Source: a virus
Taxonomy: Duplodnaviria > Heunggongvirae > Uroviricota > Caudoviricetes
Direction: 5' to 3' (one strand)
Virus record (IMG/VR): IMGVR_UViG_3300036790_000261
Location: 1 to 24,724 of that record
Length of the DNA: 24,724 nt
In this document: piece after piece, positions 21,254-24,724 of the stretch
Position numbering within the stretch: the first letter of the stretch is position 1
Layout of the letters: each line of letters starts with the position of its first letter
The notes under the pieces: generated by a model
The model's database searches: none
What the model was told of the DNA's origin: nothing
Seen by the model: the letters and a program-made list of their open reading frames with translations, nothing else
Position numbers and translations under genes: made by a program

Positions 21254-22324
21254 GTGCGTATTCTCGCGAGTCACGACGGTGGTACCGGGTGCGCCCATTA
21301 CCGGATGATCGTGCCGCTGACCGCGGTGAACGAGCTCGCCGACGGCGTCAGCGTGACCTTCCGCTCGGGCGGCGACAAGGCGATGAACAACCCGCACCCG
21401 ATGGTGAGGATCGCTGACGCGGACGAGGTTGACGTTGTTGTGGCGCAGCGGGCGAGTGCGTACGCGGGGCTCGGCCTGTGGCGGCGGTGGGGGAGTAACC
21501 CGTGGCGGCGCACCGTCTACGAGAACGACGACGACGTCTTCAGCATTACCCCGGAGAACACCGCGGCCTGGTCAACCTTCAAGGAGGGAACCGAGGTCCG
21601 CGAGGCGGTGCTGCGCTACTGCACGACAGCGAACCTGATCACCACGACCAGCCCGCACCTGGGTGACCGCTTCCGCGAGATGCTCGGCAACCGGGTGCCC
21701 GTCGAGGTGCTGCCCAATTACGTCCCCGGCTGGGCGCTCAGCCTGCCGCGCGACACTCTTGACCGGCGGCTGCGCGTCGGGTGGATGGGCGGCTCGTCGC
21801 ACGCCCTGGACGTCATGGAAGCCGCGCCGAGCGTTCGCCGGTTCATGCAGCGCTTCCCCGGGTGGGACCTGTTCATCAACGGCGTCGACTACCGGGACAA
21901 GTTCAAGGCTGAGCCCGAGCGGTCGTTTTTCGTCCCCTGGATACACGTCACTGACCACCCGCAGGTCTACTACCGGGCCATCGACTTCGACATCGGCATC
22001 TGCCCGCTGAAGTCCACCCAGTTCAGCCGGTCTAAGAGCTGGGTTAAGGCACTGGAGTACTTCAGCCGCGGCATCCCGGTTGTCGCCAGCGACGTCGAGC
22101 CCTACCGGCGGTTCATCGACCACGGCGTTAACGGCTTCCTTTGCAAGACCGGCCACGAGTGGCTGAAGTACCTGTCCCTGCTTGCCAGCGACGAAGAGCT
22201 CCGCCTGAAGATGGGCGAGGCGGCGAAAGCGAAGGCACGCGAGAACACCATCGAGACCCATTATGCTGAGTGGGTCAACGCGTACCGCATGCTGTTCCCG
22301 GTTGGATGGGAGTACAAGGGGTGA
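21254..22324 (+). CDS. GT-B fold glycosyltransferase (GT4/group 1-like), 356 aa
   Basis: GCAHYRMIVP, VYENDDD, VLPNY, VGWMG, DIGICPL..FSRSKSWVKALEY..GIPVVASD..Y..HGVNGFL. Confidence 0.92.
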   Translation: MRILASHDGGTGCAHYRMIVPLTAVNELADGVSVTFRSGGDKAMNNPHPMVRIADADEVDVVVAQRASAYAGLGLWRRWGSNPWRRTVYENDDDVFSITPENTAAWSTFKEGTEVREAVLRYCTTANLITTTSPHLGDRFREMLGNRVPVEVLPNYVPGWALSLPRDTLDRRLRVGWMGGSSHALDVMEAAPSVRRFMQRFPGWDLFINGVDYRDKFKAEPERSFFVPWIHVTDHPQVYYRAIDFDIGICPLKSTQFSRSKSWVKALEYFSRGIPVVASDVEPYRRFIDHGVNGFLCKTGHEWLKYLSLLASDEELRLKMGEAAKAKARENTIETHYAEWVNAYRMLFPVGWEYKG

Positions 22325-22689
22325 ACTACGAGCCCAAGGTGTACGTGAAGGGCGCCCTGCCGTCCTGCCGCGACCAAGGCTGCCGAGCCCCAGAGCTAGC
22401 AGCGCTGGCACGTCAGCTGTCTAACCACGAACGCGCAGTTCTAGACCTACTGAACATAAAAGGGGAGCAGATGAAGCCGACGCAGGCGCTGTGGTGCGAG
22501 CAGGGGGGCCACGCGTTCAGTGAGAAGGACACCGGTGTCCAGGTGCTCACGATCGCTGGCCGGGGCCCGGACGGGCAGACAGTAGAGGAAACGCGAACCA
22601 GTTGCGGGGAGTGCGCGGCCCTCGCTAAGACCAAGCTCGGCAAGGCGCGCAACAGCCAGCCCTCTCAGCTTCCGCCTAGCGACTCGTGA
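22321..22689 (+). CDS. Hypothetical protein, C-x4-H..CxxC putative Zn site (alternative start ATG 22471)
   Basis: GTGA overlaps at both ends; AAGGGGAG before 22471. Confidence 0.6.
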   Translation: MNYEPKVYVKGALPSCRDQGCRAPELAALARQLSNHERAVLDLLNIKGEQMKPTQALWCEQGGHAFSEKDTGVQVLTIAGRGPDGQTVEETRTSCGECAALAKTKLGKARNSQPSQLPPSDS

Positions 22690-23582
22690 GGGCACTGGTA
22701 ACCGGGTCCAGCGGCTTCGTCGGCACGTACCTCGCTAAGTCACTGACGGACGACGGCTGGGACGTTACCGGGTTTAACCTGCGCGCCGGGCAGGACGTTC
22801 GTAATTACGACCAGATGCGCAACGTCATGGAAACCGTTCAGCCCGACCAGGTTTTCCACCTCGCGGCCGTCGCGTGGCCCGGCGAGTCGATCACCGACCC
22901 GAGACGCACGTTCGACGTTAACGTGACCGGGGCGCTGAATGTGCTGGAGGCCGTGTGGCAGACCGGTTCTGACGCTCGCATCCTGCTCGCCGGGACCAGC
23001 GAGGAGTACGGTTACGAAGGCTGGCCCGACGGGTACACCCTGACTGAGGACAGCCCCGTGCGCCCCACCACCCCGTACGGTGTCACTAAGCTGGCCGCCA
23101 CCACGCTCGGCATGACCTACGCTCGCCGTCACCACCTGCGCGTTGTCGCCACCCGTGCGTTCAACCACACCGGCTGGGGACGTCAGGCGGTCAACGCCGA
23201 GTCGGCGTTCGCCCGGCGGATCGTCGCCGTCGAGCAGGGCCTGGCCGACCGGGTTGAGCACGGCCCGCTGGCCCCGGTACGCGATTTCAGCAACGTTCGC
23301 GACGTCGTGCGCGCCTACCGGCTGCTGATCACCCAGGAGCCCGGCATCTACAACATCGGCTCGGGACGGCCTGTCAGCATGAAGGACGTGCTCGGCATGC
23401 TTACCGCTGCTTCAACCCGCCAGAGCATCAAGCTGACGGAGCGTTCCGGTCTCGGCCGCCCTGATAACGCGGGCACCTTCCCGGACGTCAGTTTCGCGAA
23501 GCTCCGGGCACTCGGCTGGGCCCCCGAGTTCGCCCTGGAAGACACCCTGGCTGAGGTACTGAGTTACTGGAGGCACCGGTGA
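22686..23582 (+). CDS. Extended SDR, GDP-mannose 4,6-dehydratase / GDP-4-keto-6-deoxymannose reductase (GMD/RMD)-like, 298 aa
   Basis: TGSSGFVG Rossmann motif, FHLAA, GTSEEYG, PYGVTK (YxxxK), RAFNHTG, VRDF..VRDVVRAY. Confidence 0.92.
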   Translation: MRALVTGSSGFVGTYLAKSLTDDGWDVTGFNLRAGQDVRNYDQMRNVMETVQPDQVFHLAAVAWPGESITDPRRTFDVNVTGALNVLEAVWQTGSDARILLAGTSEEYGYEGWPDGYTLTEDSPVRPTTPYGVTKLAATTLGMTYARRHHLRVVATRAFNHTGWGRQAVNAESAFARRIVAVEQGLADRVEHGPLAPVRDFSNVRDVVRAYRLLITQEPGIYNIGSGRPVSMKDVLGMLTAASTRQSIKLTERSGLGRPDNAGTFPDVSFAKLRALGWAPEFALEDTLAEVLSYWRHR

Positions 23583-24724
23583 GGAACTGCCGCAGTTGCG
23601 ACGGCAGTCTTGAGGACGTCTACGACCTCGGCCTGCACCGCCTGCCGGACTTCACAGAACCAGGTACCCCGGCCGGCCCGCCGCAGCCGCTGCACCTGGT
23701 GACGTGCTCCCGGTGCACCCTGCTCCAGCTAGCAGACACCACTCCGCGCGCCGACCTTTACCACGAGCGGTACGGATTCAAGTCCGGGGTGAACGAGGCT
23801 GTCCGCGCCGACCTGGCTGACGTTGCGACCTGGGCGCTGGAGCACGTGACGCGCCTTCCGCTAGCCAAGTGGCTGGACATCGCCTGCAACGACGGCACGC
23901 TGCTGTCCAACGTCCCGAACCAGGTGTACCGGGCCGGCGTGGACCCGCTCGCGCAGTTCGCCGCGGAGGCCAGTGAGCACGCCGACCGGATTGTCAGCGA
24001 CTACTTCAAGCCTGAGTATTTCGACGTTGCCTTCGACGTGATCACGTCGGTGTCAGTGTTCTACGACCTTGATGACCCGAATGAGTTTGTCGCCGGCGTC
24101 GCCAGTGTCCTGGCCCCGGACGGGGTCTGGGTCATCCAGCAGAACTACGCCCTGGAGATGCTCCGGCTGAACGCGGTCGACAACGTGTGCCACGAGCACG
24201 TCACCTACTTCTCCGTCACCTCGATGCTGCCCCTGCTGGAGCGGCACGGCCTGGAGATGACCGAGGTTGCCTACAGCCCGGTTAACGGCGGCTGCTTCCG
24301 CGCCCTGGTCACGCGCAAGGGCCGTCGGCCAGCTCACCCCGGTGTCGCTAAGGCTGTTGCGGCTGAGGCTGTGCTCGCCGACCCCGCCGCCCTGCGCCGC
24401 TGGGCCCTGGACGTGCAGTACGAGCTGCAGCGCACCCGGCGGGCCGTCGAGGACGTTAAGGCCAGCGGCGGGCAGACTTACGTTTACGGGGCGTCTACCC
24501 GGGGCGGCACGATCCTTCAGCTGCTCGGCACGGGGCCGGAGCTGCTGCCGTACGCTGTCGAGCGCCAGGCCGCGAAGGTCGGCAAGGTCATGGCCGCGAC
24601 GGGTATCCCGATCATCAGTGAAGAGCAGATGCGGGCCAGCCCGCCCGCCGCCCTGCTGGTCAGCCCGTGGTTCTTCCGGGACGTGTTCACCGCCCGCGAG
24701 GCCGCCTACCTAGGCGCCGGGGGG
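23579..24724 (+). CDS. SAM-dependent NDP-hexose 3-C-methyltransferase (TcaB9/MtmC/TylC3/EryBIII-like), 3' truncated by the window end
   Basis: Hand-translated, open for 382 codons, absent from ORF track: Zn site C4xxC7/C43xxC46, LDIACNDGTLL, CHEHVTYFS, YGASTRG, GIPIISEE, LLVSPWFF. Confidence 0.92.
   Translation, partial: MRNCRSCDGSLEDVYDLGLHRLPDFTEPGTPAGPPQPLHLVTCSRCTLLQLADTTPRADLYHERYGFKSGVNEAVRADLADVATWALEHVTRLPLAKWLDIACNDGTLLSNVPNQVYRAGVDPLAQFAAEASEHADRIVSDYFKPEYFDVAFDVITSVSVFYDLDDPNEFVAGVASVLAPDGVWVIQQNYALEMLRLNAVDNVCHEHVTYFSVTSMLPLLERHGLEMTEVAYSPVNGGCFRALVTRKGRRPAHPGVAKAVAAEAVLADPAALRRWALDVQYELQRTRRAVEDVKASGGQTYVYGASTRGGTILQLLGTGPELLPYAVERQAAKVGKVMAATGIPIISEEQMRASPPAALLVSPWFFRDVFTAREAAYLGAGG

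Larger units (their letters stand above)
1..24724. mobile_element. Tailed dsDNA phage (Caudoviricetes, HK97-type head module); prophage vs free phage cannot be decided from this window
   Basis: Terminase, portal, prohead protease and major capsid in canonical order; no integrase, att site or host housekeeping gene visible. Confidence 0.95.

Overview
GC-rich tailed-phage (or prophage) DNA, most likely from an actinomycete host given the DUF397 peptide, actinophage-type terminase and TANNNT leaderless starts. It spans the packaging and head module plus flanking accessory blocks. Left (156-4764): a dense run of Cys-rich microproteins, a reverse-strand papain-like protease, a truncated DUF397 peptide, a probable Zn-finger small terminase and an AbrB-like protein, followed by a repeat-rich, structured non-coding region with a tRNA-like T-arm. 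Core: large terminase, HK97-type portal, reverse-strand HNH, multi-domain prohead protease and HK97-fold major capsid. A reverse-strand operon (secreted lytic transglycosylase, membrane protein, secreted NlpC/P60) sits between terminase and portal. Right of the capsid there are no recognisable neck or tail genes. Instead there are unknown or low-complexity genes, a Ser/Thr/Pro-rich 44-aa-repeat fibre-like protein, a 112-aa KcsA-like channel with an altered filter (TTVGCD), two more T-loop hairpins, and a translationally coupled glycosyltransferase + GDP-sugar dehydratase/reductase + NDP-hexose 3-C-methyltransferase operon that runs off the window end. Strongest candidate novel system: a phage pathway that makes and transfers a branched, C-methylated deoxysugar, possibly onto its own virion fibre. 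All family calls come from motif recognition by eye; no database search was run.
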